From Patescibacteria group bacterium (lineage in GTDB: Bacteria; Patescibacteriota; Microgenomatia; 0-14-0-10-38-17), in the NCBI GenBank assembly GCA_050947035.1, contig JBMNVW010000003.1, positions 25,992 to 89,991 on the forward strand: a stretch of 64,000 nt of DNA. Direction: 5' to 3'. Made by a program: the position numbers and the translations under genes. Numbering within the stretch: the stretch's first letter is position 1; each line of letters starts with the position of its first letter. Of the stretch, positions 37,787 to 46,798 are shown one piece after another. The notes under the pieces were generated by a model. That model was given only the letters and a program-made list of their open reading frames with translations, searched no databases and was not told where the DNA came from.

Positions 37787-38821
37787 ATGTCTTTCTGGAA
37801 AAACCCCACCCCCATTATTGGTCTTGCCCCAATGGATGGGATAACCGATGCGCCAATGCGGCAAATTACCGCTCATTACGGCCAGCCGGAGGTTATTTTT
37901 ACTGAGTTTATTAACGTTGAATATGCCGCCGCTCGGCCAAAGAAGCTTTTTTGTCGTTTTTGGTATTCTTCTGATCAACGACCCATCGTTGCCCAACTTT
38001 CTGGAGTTAATACCGACCTTTTTTATCAATTTGCCCTAATTGCCGCTGAATTAGGTTTTGATGGGGTTGATATTAATATGGGTTGTCCGGCCAAAAGTGT
38101 TACCGCTCGAGGTGGTGGAGCCAAATTGATTGGTAATAAGAAATTGGCCGAAGAGTTGGTTTTATCGGTTAAAAAAGGCCTTGACGATTGGCAGAAAGGA
38201 AAAGGCCTTGACGATTTAGATAAGAGCTTGCTCTTGGGTTTAGAAAAAACCAAACAAACAAATCGGCAGTGGGGAGGGGTAAAAAAGGCTAAAAAGTCCC
38301 CCCCGGCTTTATCGATAAAAACAAGACTAGGGGTTGATCGGCCTCTAATTAAAGATTGGTTGGAATTTTTATTCTCTTTACCGATTGAGGCCTTAATCGT
38401 TCATGGTCGTCTGGTAAGCCAAGGCCATTCTGGGCCGGTGGATTGGGCTAGTTTGGGTAAGGTGGCTGACCTTGCTGGTCAGAAAAACAAGGTGTTGATT
38501 GGTAATGGCGGGATTGGTTCTTTTGAGGAAGCCAAAGAAACTTGCCAAAAATATAATCTGGGGGGGGTTTTGATTGGACAAAGAGCCTTGGGTAACCCTT
38601 GGGTTTTTACCGACCAGGCAGTAACGAAGGAGAAAAAGCTTTTAGTGATGATGGAGCATGCTCGTTGTTTTGTTGATTTATTTGGTGAGGAGAATTTTAT
38701 TGTTTTGCGCAAACACCTAGCTTGGTATGCGGCTGGTTTTCCGGGAGCTAAAAAATTAAGAATCAAACTGGTTAGAGCTAGCCGCTTGTCTGAGGTAGAG
38801 GAAATAATAAATAATTTCTAA
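37787..38821 (+). CDS. dus: tRNA-dihydrouridine synthase
   Basis: LAPMDGITD, GVDINMGCP, catalytic region of the Dus family. Confidence 0.85.
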   Translation: MSFWKNPTPIIGLAPMDGITDAPMRQITAHYGQPEVIFTEFINVEYAAARPKKLFCRFWYSSDQRPIVAQLSGVNTDLFYQFALIAAELGFDGVDINMGCPAKSVTARGGGAKLIGNKKLAEELVLSVKKGLDDWQKGKGLDDLDKSLLLGLEKTKQTNRQWGGVKKAKKSPPALSIKTRLGVDRPLIKDWLEFLFSLPIEALIVHGRLVSQGHSGPVDWASLGKVADLAGQKNKVLIGNGGIGSFEEAKETCQKYNLGGVLIGQRALGNPWVFTDQAVTKEKKLLVMMEHARCFVDLFGEENFIVLRKHLAWYAAGFPGAKKLRIKLVRASRLSEVEEIINNF

Positions 38822-38912
38822 TGAAGATCATTTATAATGAAACAAAACAACAAATTTTATCGTTAGCTTCTTCTTGAATACTAATGCCTGAAGGGTTATT
38901 ATTAGACTCGTT

Positions 38913-39491
38913 ATGGCCAAACTTTCTATTGCCGATTTTAAACCCGGAGAAGTCCTAATCTTTCGTGGTGAACCCTTTGTGATTTTGTCGATTAGATCCA
39001 AACATTTGGGTCGGGGTGGAGCAATTTATCGCACTAAGATGAAAGGTTTAAAAAGTGGGACAGTTTTGGAAGAAGCTTTTCGGCCAACCGATAAATTTGC
39101 TACAGTTGATCTGTCTTTGGAAACCATGAATTTCATGTATCGGGCCGGCGATGAGGCTTTTTTTATGCACCCTCGCACCTATGAGCAAATTAATTTGTCG
39201 ATAAAAAAGATTGGTGATTTTTCTCGATTTTTGAAAGAAGGGGAAAAATATCGTTTGCAGTTTGTGGCCGATGAGCTAGTGGGAATTCTGCCTCCGGCTA
39301 AGGTTAAGCGTCGAGTTGTCCGAGCGCCTGAGGCGGTGGCGGGCAATACGGCCGTTTCGGCCACCAAGAAGGTGATGGTTGAGGGTAATATTGAAGTGGA
39401 GACACCTCTTTTTATTAAAACCGGCGATACTATTATTATCAGAACCGAAGACGAAACTTATGTTAGCAAAGCCCAAGAGGAGAAAAAATAA
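38913..39491 (+). CDS. efp: elongation factor P (Arg-type loop: SKHLGRGGA)
   Basis: EF-P three-domain pattern. The loop carries Arg where Lys34 sits in E. coli. Confidence 0.88.
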   Translation: MAKLSIADFKPGEVLIFRGEPFVILSIRSKHLGRGGAIYRTKMKGLKSGTVLEEAFRPTDKFATVDLSLETMNFMYRAGDEAFFMHPRTYEQINLSIKKIGDFSRFLKEGEKYRLQFVADELVGILPPAKVKRRVVRAPEAVAGNTAVSATKKVMVEGNIEVETPLFIKTGDTIIIRTEDETYVSKAQEEKK

Positions 39492-39502
39492 CCCCATCTA
39501 TT

Positions 39503-40717
39503 ATGGATTATAAAGACTTAACCGGTCAGGTTTTATCAGTTGCCCAATTTAACAAATTAATTAATGAGATTATTTCTCCTCTTCAGGTTGTTGTTGAGGG
39601 AGAACTGGCTCAAATTAATACTAGCTCTGGTCGTTGGTTTTTTGCCACCCTAAAAGACGATCAGGCCAGTGTTAATCTTTTTTCTCCCCAAGATCGTCTT
39701 CCCAACTGGCAAGTATTACAAGAGGGAATGAGGGTTAGGGTAGATGGCTGGCCAAGACTTTATCAAAAAAATGGCCGTTTTTCTTTATTTGCTCGATCAA
39801 TCCAGCCGGCCGGAAAAGGAGCCCTGAAAGAAGCTTATGAGAAATTAAAAAAGGAATTGGCGCTTTTGGGATATTTTGATCCGGCCAGAAAAAGAAAGCC
39901 CCCTCGTTTTATTAGAAAAATTGGCTTAATTACTGCCCCTGATTCTCGAGCCTATTCTGATTTTGTTACCGTTTTAGCCAACCAGCCGGCCGGGATAGAA
40001 GTTAATTTTTATCCTGTTTTAGTTCAAGGAGATAAGGCGATTGATCAAATTAGGCAGGCCCTGACCTTTTTTAATAATCACAAGCCCTTAGAGTATGATC
40101 TTTTAATTTTGACTCGAGGTGGTGGTAGTCTGGAAGATTTATTACCCTTTAACAGTCGGGCCCTAGTTGAGGCCATTTATGGGAGCAGGATTCCTGTTTT
40201 AGCGGCGATTGGCCATGAGGCTGATGACTGTTTAGTTGATTTGGTGGCCGATTTACGGGCCCCGACGCCAACGGCCGCCGCTGAGATAATCAACCAGTAT
40301 AATAAAGAAAATCTTTTAGAAATTGACAACTTGTCCTCTTCCTTAGTTGATTCTTACCAGGAGATAATTTTTTTACAAAAAAATAATTTGATAAGATTGG
40401 TTAATTCTCTAAATCTTTTTTATCAAACCCAATTTCAAGAAACAGCTTTATTGTTAAGTCGTTTTGCTAATGGCATTGGTTCTTTTTTGAGCCAAATCCA
40501 ATATCAAAAAAAGGCTCTTTATTCGCTAGAGAAGTTGCTATTAAGTTTTGATCACCAAGCCATTTTAAAGCGAGGGTTTAGCCTGACCCTAAACAATCGT
40601 GCTAAAATAATTAAGAGTTCTGATCAGGTTTCTTTAGGGGAAGAAATTATTACTCGGTTTTGGCAAGGACAGATAACCTCAGAAATTAAGAAAAAAAATG
40701 ACAACCAAGAAAGTTAA
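39503..40717 (+). CDS. xseA: exodeoxyribonuclease VII large subunit
   Basis: OB-fold N-terminus, catalytic core GLITAPDS..RGGGS. Confidence 0.88.
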   Translation: MDYKDLTGQVLSVAQFNKLINEIISPLQVVVEGELAQINTSSGRWFFATLKDDQASVNLFSPQDRLPNWQVLQEGMRVRVDGWPRLYQKNGRFSLFARSIQPAGKGALKEAYEKLKKELALLGYFDPARKRKPPRFIRKIGLITAPDSRAYSDFVTVLANQPAGIEVNFYPVLVQGDKAIDQIRQALTFFNNHKPLEYDLLILTRGGGSLEDLLPFNSRALVEAIYGSRIPVLAAIGHEADDCLVDLVADLRAPTPTAAAEIINQYNKENLLEIDNLSSSLVDSYQEIIFLQKNNLIRLVNSLNLFYQTQFQETALLLSRFANGIGSFLSQIQYQKKALYSLEKLLLSFDHQAILKRGFSLTLNNRAKIIKSSDQVSLGEEIITRFWQGQITSEIKKKNDNQES

Positions 40718-40916
40718 CCAGCAAGACTTATCAGAAGCCTTTGGCAAATTAGAAAAAATTGCCGAGGAGTTTGAGAAAGGGGAAGTTGATCTAGAAGAGG
40801 GGATTGCCAAACTTGAGACAGGCTTGGAGCTGGCCGCCTTTTTGAAAAAACAATTGTCTAAGATGGAAAATAAAGTGACTAAGATTAAAGAAAAATACCA
40901 GGAAATTGACGATTAG
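40698..40916 (+). CDS. xseB: exodeoxyribonuclease VII small subunit
   Basis: 72-aa helical protein overlapping the xseA end. LEE.I..LE.G.L.LEE. Confidence 0.8.
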   Translation: MTTKKVNQQDLSEAFGKLEKIAEEFEKGEVDLEEGIAKLETGLELAAFLKKQLSKMENKVTKIKEKYQEIDD

Positions 40917-41025
40917 CAGTTTTTATGTTAGACTGCTAAATAACTCATTAAATTAGCCTCTTTTGTCTTAATCTTCTAAAAAAGAGAGCAAATTTTAAAA
41001 CGAATTTTTATAAAATAATTTTTTT

Positions 41026-43410
41026 ATGTCTCTGATTTTAAAACCAGAAAAGAAAAACCAAGAACAAAAAGAAATGACCGTTGTTGCTCTTAGAGATACG
41101 GTTATTTTCCCTCGTACCGAGGCAACGCTTACCTTTGGCCGACCTCAATCAGTAGCGGCAGTTAATCAGGCTTATAAAGAGAAAAAGGCTGTTTTGTTAG
41201 TTTGCCAAAAAAACCCTCGAGTTAATAATCCCGACCAAGACGACCTTTATCAAATTGGCACTATTGCTAAAATTGATAATATCTTAAAGTCTGGTAAGGC
41301 TATTTATGTTATTGTCAGAGGGGAAAGTCGGGCTCGTCTAGAAAGTCTTTCTCAGAAAAAACCCTTTTTAGCCGGACAAATTAGCTCCTTACCAAAAGGG
41401 AAAATTGCCTCTGGAAAAGATATTAATGTTTTGGCTGGGCTTTTAATTGAGCAGTTAAAGAAAGCGATGAGTTTGGGTAAACCGGTTGATCCTCAAGCTT
41501 TGGGTAATTTGTCTTCAGATGACCCTCAGGAACTGGTTAATCGAATTGCCATGGTGGTGGAGATTTCTGGTAAAGACAAACAGTCTTTATTGGAAATTGA
41601 TGATTTGGCCAAGCGAGCCAAAAAAGTGGTTGAATATTTGGTCCAAGAGATTAAAATTTTGGAGCTTGATCAAAAGATTAGTTCTAAGGCCCAAGACAAG
41701 TTTGATAAGTCAATGAGGGAGGCAATTTTAAAACAGCGTCGAGAGATGATTGATCGGGAATTAGGGAAAATAGGCTCTAAGTCCGGTAACCCCGAAATTG
41801 AAAAATTAAGAAAAAAAATCTCGGCCAGTAAGATGCCCAAAAAAATTGCCAAAAAAGCCAAATCGGAGCTGTCTCGATTGGCCAAAATGTCGCCCATGAA
41901 CCCGGAAAGTGGCTATATTCATTCTTATTTAGAGTGGTTAACCGACATTCCTTGGGTTAAAAAATCTAAAAGCAACCTTGATATTAAAAAGGCCAAAAAA
42001 ATTCTTGATCAAGACCATTATGGTTTAAAAAAAATTAAAGAGAGAATTTTAGAGCACTTGGCGGTAATTCAGTTGCAAAATAAACAAAAAGAAGAAGCTT
42101 GTTCACCGACCATTCTTTGTTTTATTGGCCCCCCCGGAGTAGGAAAAACTTCGGTTGGTAAGTCAATCGCTCGAGCAATGGGAAGAGAGTTTGTTCGTAT
42201 TTCTTTGGGGGGCTTGCGAGATGAAGCCGAAATTAGAGGTCATAGAAGGACTTATGTTGGTGCTTTGCCGGGGCGCTTGATTCAGGGCATGAAAGAGGCG
42301 GGGACAATTAATCCGGTTTTTATGTTGGATGAGATCGACAAGGTGGGCAATGATTTTCGTGGCGACCCGTCGGCGGCCCTATTGGAAGCTTTGGATCCAG
42401 AGCAAAACAAGGAGTTTTCCGATCATTATTTGGGAGTGCCCTATGATTTGTCCCAAGTCTTTTTTATTACTACCGGCAATGTTTTAGACACTATTCCGCC
42501 GGCTCTTCGAGATCGAATGGAAATAATTCGTTTTCCCGGCTATACCGGTGAAGAAAAATACCATATTGCCAAAGACTATCTTTGGTCCAAAGAGACCCAA
42601 AACCGTGGGTTAGGCAAAAATAAATTTAAATTAACAACAAAAGCCTATTACGAAATTATCGATCGTTATACTAAAGAAGCTGGAGTTCGTCAGTTGCAAA
42701 GAGAGATGGCTCGTTTAGCTAGAAAATTGGCTAGAGAAATTGCTGAAGGAAAAAAGATGGAGGAAAAGATTGGCGTTAATCGGGTCCGTTCTTTGTTCGG
42801 GCCAGCCCAATTTTCTAAAACTGCTGCCGATAGTCAGGATGAGATTGGTAAGGCCACTGGTTTGGCTTGGACTCAGGCAGGAGGAGAAATTTTGTTTATC
42901 GAAGTGGCTCTAATGCCCGGCAAAGGGAAAGTTTTATTAACGGGGAAATTGGGCGATGTGATGAAGGAATCTTGTCGAGCGGCTATTTCTTACGTCCGCT
43001 CCCATTGGCAGATCTATAAGCTAAAGAAGGATTTTGCCGAAAAAATTGATATTCATGTTCACGTGCCAGAGGGGGCGGTTTCTAAGGATGGTCCCTCAGC
43101 TGGTGTGGCTATTGCCTCGGCGGTTGTTTCGGCTTTAACCAAAAAACCCCTAAAGCACGAAATCGGCATGACCGGAGAGATCACCCTTCGCGGACGAGTT
43201 TTGGAGATTGGTGGGGTAAAGGAAAAGGTTTTAGCTGCCCACAGAGCTGGTCTAAAAACAATAATTTTGCCCAAGAGTAATAAAAAGGACCTGGAAGATA
43301 TTCCTTCTCGAATCAAGAAAGAGTTAGAGTTTATTTTTGCTGAACATCTAAGTCAGGTTCTTGATCAAGCTTTGGTAAAGAAAAAACCTGACAAAACAAA
43401 GTCTTCTTAA
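41026..43410 (+). CDS. lon: ATP-dependent protease Lon
   Basis: LON N domain, GPPGVGKTS, catalytic PKDGPSAG..KEK dyad region. Confidence 0.95.
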   Translation: MSLILKPEKKNQEQKEMTVVALRDTVIFPRTEATLTFGRPQSVAAVNQAYKEKKAVLLVCQKNPRVNNPDQDDLYQIGTIAKIDNILKSGKAIYVIVRGESRARLESLSQKKPFLAGQISSLPKGKIASGKDINVLAGLLIEQLKKAMSLGKPVDPQALGNLSSDDPQELVNRIAMVVEISGKDKQSLLEIDDLAKRAKKVVEYLVQEIKILELDQKISSKAQDKFDKSMREAILKQRREMIDRELGKIGSKSGNPEIEKLRKKISASKMPKKIAKKAKSELSRLAKMSPMNPESGYIHSYLEWLTDIPWVKKSKSNLDIKKAKKILDQDHYGLKKIKERILEHLAVIQLQNKQKEEACSPTILCFIGPPGVGKTSVGKSIARAMGREFVRISLGGLRDEAEIRGHRRTYVGALPGRLIQGMKEAGTINPVFMLDEIDKVGNDFRGDPSAALLEALDPEQNKEFSDHYLGVPYDLSQVFFITTGNVLDTIPPALRDRMEIIRFPGYTGEEKYHIAKDYLWSKETQNRGLGKNKFKLTTKAYYEIIDRYTKEAGVRQLQREMARLARKLAREIAEGKKMEEKIGVNRVRSLFGPAQFSKTAADSQDEIGKATGLAWTQAGGEILFIEVALMPGKGKVLLTGKLGDVMKESCRAAISYVRSHWQIYKLKKDFAEKIDIHVHVPEGAVSKDGPSAGVAIASAVVSALTKKPLKHEIGMTGEITLRGRVLEIGGVKEKVLAAHRAGLKTIILPKSNKKDLEDIPSRIKKELEFIFAEHLSQVLDQALVKKKPDKTKSS

Positions 43411-43416
43411 AGCAAA

Positions 43417-43445
43417 TTGATTAATGTTAACTTCCGAGGTATAAT
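43417..43445 (+). promoter_or_regulatory. near-consensus sigma70-type promoter (TTGATT-17-TATAAT) immediately after the lon stop
   Basis: TTGATT 43417-43422, 17-nt spacer, TATAAT 43440-43445. Confidence 0.4.
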
Positions 43446-43579
43446 ATTAGCTATAGGTCTTATTTCAAGAGACCGTTTTCATTCTTAAAAACAAAAAACC
43501 AAGCTGATAAGCCAGCGACTGTTTTTTTGTTTTGAACTTTTATAAACAGGCGGTAGGAAGTTTCTTCTAGGAGGAAAAA

Positions 43580-43957
43580 ATGAAGAAAAGAGGAAGAACC
43601 GGGTGTTGGTTTGTTTTTTTGATTTTGTTATTTATTGTTTGCTACGTGTTTATTAACACCTTTTGGCAACCCCTCTCGGAAGGAACGAGGGTAAAAATTA
43701 ACGGCAAGGGTTATTTTAATCCCCTTTGCTGCGGCGATTATCCGTTCGAGAACTGGAGTGGAAGCCAGCGCCGGCAGTGGTGTTGGAACAGAGCCACTCT
43801 AGTGGAAGAAACCATTGGAGTGATTGAGGCCGGAGGGGATTATGAAACCCACTACAGTAGCCGGGGAGGATCGGCCTATAGAGTGGTTTTCACCACTACT
43901 TTAGGTAATCAGAGAACCTTGTGGTTCTCGGTTGATTCTCTAGAAAAGATTGACTAG
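43580..43957 (+). CDS. Cys/Trp-rich membrane-anchored hypothetical protein
   Basis: AGGAGG SD. N-terminal TM. Confidence 0.35.
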   Translation: MKKRGRTGCWFVFLILLFIVCYVFINTFWQPLSEGTRVKINGKGYFNPLCCGDYPFENWSGSQRRQWCWNRATLVEETIGVIEAGGDYETHYSSRGGSAYRVVFTTTLGNQRTLWFSVDSLEKID

Positions 43958-43964
43958 GCTTGTA

Positions 43965-44004
43965 GGGGGTCGTGTTCAAAATTTTGCGTTTTAACGCGAC
44001 CCCC
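43965..44004 (+). terminator. GC-rich hairpin terminator
   Basis: GGGGGTCGTG..CGCGACCCCC, a 10-bp stem, then ATTTTT. Confidence 0.5.
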
Positions 44005-44062
44005 CCAGCCATTTTTCAATTCTTCCTACCGCCCCTTTTCTTTCCCCAAAGCCTTCTTTTGG

Positions 44063-44080
44063 AGAGATCCTGGATCTATC
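44063..44080. repeat. copy of the GATAGATCCTGGATCTATC palindrome family (imperfect left arm)
   Basis: agAGATCCTGGATCTATC. Confidence 0.7.
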
Positions 44081-44202
44081 ACGGCTTATTGTGAGGGTTA
44101 TTTTTGAGGTTCTGGTAAACTCGGCCCAGTTTCAAGCGATCCGGTTTCTTTAGAAATTGATTTTTGTTTCACCAGGATATTTTTTTAGGCTATGGGACTA
44201 AG

Positions 44203-44290
44203 GATAAATACGACACCGTATTTATTAATAAAAGAATAAAAATATTATTTATCGCTTTATCCTGACAAGTAAATACTTTACCGTATTTAG
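44203..44290. promoter_or_regulatory. bipartite palindrome pair: GATAAATACGACACCGTATTTATT, then TAAATACTTTACCGTATTTA 65 nt downstream
   Basis: Same two-site arrangement and spacing as at 61163-61249 and 61800-61887. Confidence 0.6.
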
Positions 44291-44350
44291 AAAGAAGAGT
44301 TTACAAATATCCGCTAACAATTTTCTATCGGAATTTTATTTAATGGTTTT

Positions 44351-44373
44351 AAGTAGCCCCAACCAGATTCGAA
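44351..44373 (-). repeat. 23-bp direct repeat of the tRNA-Glu 3' end (T-loop + acceptor 3' strand + 3 nt), 110 nt downstream of the tRNA
   Basis: AAGTAGCCCCAACCAGATTCGAA is identical at 44351-44373 and 44481-44503. Confidence 0.8.
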
Positions 44374-44483
44374 GATGACACGGACCATTTTCTTGCCGTG
44401 AGGGTTGGTGTAATGACAGCGCGGTTGTTTTTCTTGTTTTGATTGTCAGAATTCTTGACCAGTTCGGATCCGATTGGGCCAAG

Positions 44484-44555
44484 TAGCCCCAACCAGATTC
44501 GAACTGGTATTACTAGGATGAGAACCTAGCGTCCTAACCATTAGACGATGGGGCC
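44484..44555 (-). tRNA. tRNA-Glu (anticodon CUC), CCA not encoded
   Basis: Reverse complement: GGCCCCA-TC-GTC-TAATGGTTAG-GAC-G-CTAGG-TTCTCAT-CCTAG-TAAT-ACCAG-TTCGAAT-CTGGT-TGGGGCT-A. G1-U72 wobble. Confidence 0.8.
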
Positions 44556-44720
44556 TTGAGAAAAATTCCTAATTTTTAATGATTTAAATGGCCTAATTAC
44601 TTTTTTTGAAATTTGGGACTTGGGATTTATTTAGAATAATTAAAAACTATTTTCTTAATTATACTAAACCAGCCCCAATTTTACCAAAAAATCGATTTTT
44701 GACTAATCCCAGATTTTAAT

Positions 44721-44749
44721 TTGACAATTGTCAATAAGAATAATATAAT
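44721..44749 (+). promoter_or_regulatory. perfect consensus sigma70 promoter (TTGACA-17-TATAAT); its -35 lies in the 14-bp palindrome TTGACAATTGTCAA
   Basis: TTGACA 44721-44726, spacer 17, TATAAT 44744-44749, ~110 nt upstream of greA. Confidence 0.5.
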
Positions 44750-44860
44750 TTTCTTCACTGTTTTGTGACGCACCCCCTAAAAGGGTCCATTTAATCGGGA
44801 TTTTTCCTTACCTCTTTTTAGTGTTTTTAACAAAAAGATTATTTAATTAAAAATTATTGT

Positions 44861-45322
44861 ATGAATCAAAAAAAGCTAATTACCAAACAAGGACTAGCCG
44901 ATCTTAAGGACAAGCTGGCTAAGCTTGAGGCTCGGCGACCCAAGGTGGTTGATCGAGTAGAAACGGCCAGACAAATGGGCGATTTAAGAGAAAATAGCGA
45001 ATATCATGCCGCCAGAGAGGATTTGGTTCTTTTAGATACTCAAGTTAATGAGCTAAAAGAAATTTTACTTAATGCTAAGGTTGTTGATAAAAATAACGGA
45101 TCATCTTTTGTTTCTTTGGAGAGTCTGGTTACCGTTAAGAACGGTCAAAACAAGAAAATAGATTATCGTGTTGTTGGCGAGCACGAATCTGATCCACTAA
45201 AGGGCAAGATTTCTTATACTTCTCCCTTGGGCCAGGCTCTGATGAATAAAAAAGTTGGTGAAAAGGTGGCTGTTAAAACCCCCAAGGGTAAGAGTAAATA
45301 TGAAATTGTGGCCATTAAATAA
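44861..45322 (+). CDS. greA: transcription elongation factor GreA
   Basis: Coiled-coil N-terminus with ARQMGDLRENSEYHAARE. FKBP-like C-terminus. Confidence 0.9.
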   Translation: MNQKKLITKQGLADLKDKLAKLEARRPKVVDRVETARQMGDLRENSEYHAAREDLVLLDTQVNELKEILLNAKVVDKNNGSSFVSLESLVTVKNGQNKKIDYRVVGEHESDPLKGKISYTSPLGQALMNKKVGEKVAVKTPKGKSKYEIVAIK

Positions 45323-45352
45323 GTCTTCTTTGTATGATAAACTAATAGCCAA

Positions 45353-46798
45353 ATGGCTGGTCGTTTAGAAAACATTAAAGAAGAAAGGATTGCCAAACTT
45401 AAAAGGCTTCGTTCTTTAGGAATTGATCCTTATCCTCCCCGCTCTCCAAAACATGATTTAATTATTAAGGCCCGGAAAAAAACCGGTCAAAAAACGACCG
45501 TAGTAGGAAGAGCGATGGCCTGGCGGGCTCATGGTGGGATGACCTTTGCCGATTTAAAAGATAGTTCAGGCCAGATTCAGCTGGCTTTTTTTTCTGATGA
45601 TTTGCCAGAAAAAGCCTATCAACAACTCGAGTTGTTGGATATTGGTGATTTTTTGGCCGTTTCCGGTTTGGTTTTTAAGACTAAACGAGGCGAAATAACC
45701 GTGCGAGTCTCCTCTTGGCAAATTTTGGCCAAATCGCTAAGGCCGCTGCCCAATAAGTGGGAGGGGCTGCAAGATGTTGAAACTCGTTCGCGTAAAAGAT
45801 ATTTAGATCTTCTTGTTAACGAACAGTCACGAAAAACCTTTATTTTAAGAAGCCAAATCGTTAGGGCAATGAGAGAAATTCTAGACGATGAGGGCTTTAT
45901 GGAAGTAGAAACTCCCACTCTTCAACCAATTTATGGTGGCGCCTCGGCCCAGCCTTTTGTTACTCACCACAATACCCTTGACGCCGATCTTTATTTAAAA
46001 ATTTCTGACGAGCTTTATTTGAAACGCTTGATTATTGGTGGCTTAGATAAAGTTTATGAAATTGATCATAATTTTAGAAATGAGGGGGTTGATAAAAGTC
46101 ATAATCCGGAATTTACTCTGATGGAATGCTATTGGGCTTATGCTGATTACAACGATATGATGGATTTGACGGAAAAGATTTATTCTCAAATTGCCCAAAA
46201 AGTTTTAGGAACAACAAAAATTGTTTTTGGGAAACAAAAAATTGATCTTAAAACCCCTTGGCCCAGGCTGTCGATGTTTGCGGCGATCGAAAAATATTTG
46301 GGTTGGAATCCAGAAGAAATCTCTGACCAGGAACTAAAAGAAAAGCTGGCCCAGAAAGGAGAAGAGCTGGTTAATGGTTATAATCGGGGCTTGGCGATAG
46401 CCAAAATTTTTGAGGAAGTTGAACCCCAATTAAAGGGGCCAATTTTTATTACCGATTTTCCTAAAGAGACCACTTCTCTTTGCAAGCTAAAACCGGATAA
46501 CCCGGATTTAGTTGAGCGTTTTGAACCTTACATCGCCGGTTTTGAGATTGGCAATGCTTATTCAGAGCTAAATGATCCGCTTTTACAACGTCAGTTTTTT
46601 GAGGAGCAAGTAAAAATGCGAGAAGCCGGCGATAAAGAAGCCTCACCCATGGATGAAGATTTTTTGGAAGCGATGGAGCATGGTATGCCTCCAACTGGAG
46701 GCTTGGGCCTGGGCGTTGATCGATTAGTGATGCTTTTGACCGGTCAGGAAAATATTCGCGATGTAATTCTTTTTCCCACTCTTAAGCCAAAAAAATGA
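45353..46798 (+). CDS. lysS: lysine--tRNA ligase (class II)
   Basis: OB anticodon-binding domain, motifs 1-3 (FRNEG, GGLGLGVDRL). Confidence 0.95.
   Translation: MAGRLENIKEERIAKLKRLRSLGIDPYPPRSPKHDLIIKARKKTGQKTTVVGRAMAWRAHGGMTFADLKDSSGQIQLAFFSDDLPEKAYQQLELLDIGDFLAVSGLVFKTKRGEITVRVSSWQILAKSLRPLPNKWEGLQDVETRSRKRYLDLLVNEQSRKTFILRSQIVRAMREILDDEGFMEVETPTLQPIYGGASAQPFVTHHNTLDADLYLKISDELYLKRLIIGGLDKVYEIDHNFRNEGVDKSHNPEFTLMECYWAYADYNDMMDLTEKIYSQIAQKVLGTTKIVFGKQKIDLKTPWPRLSMFAAIEKYLGWNPEEISDQELKEKLAQKGEELVNGYNRGLAIAKIFEEVEPQLKGPIFITDFPKETTSLCKLKPDNPDLVERFEPYIAGFEIGNAYSELNDPLLQRQFFEEQVKMREAGDKEASPMDEDFLEAMEHGMPPTGGLGLGVDRLVMLLTGQENIRDVILFPTLKPKK

Noticed and set aside
44343-44378. 11-codon ORF (MVLSSPNQIRR) in the gene-free island
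   Set aside because: Too short, no SD, and it overlaps the tRNA-derived repeat.
44374-44480. GGATCC and GAATTC sites close together (polylinker-like) between the tRNA-Glu 3' repeat copies, suggesting vector contamination
   Set aside because: The surrounding sequence is native-looking, AT-rich and contiguous with the tRNA. Two 6-bp sites by chance are not evidence of a vector.
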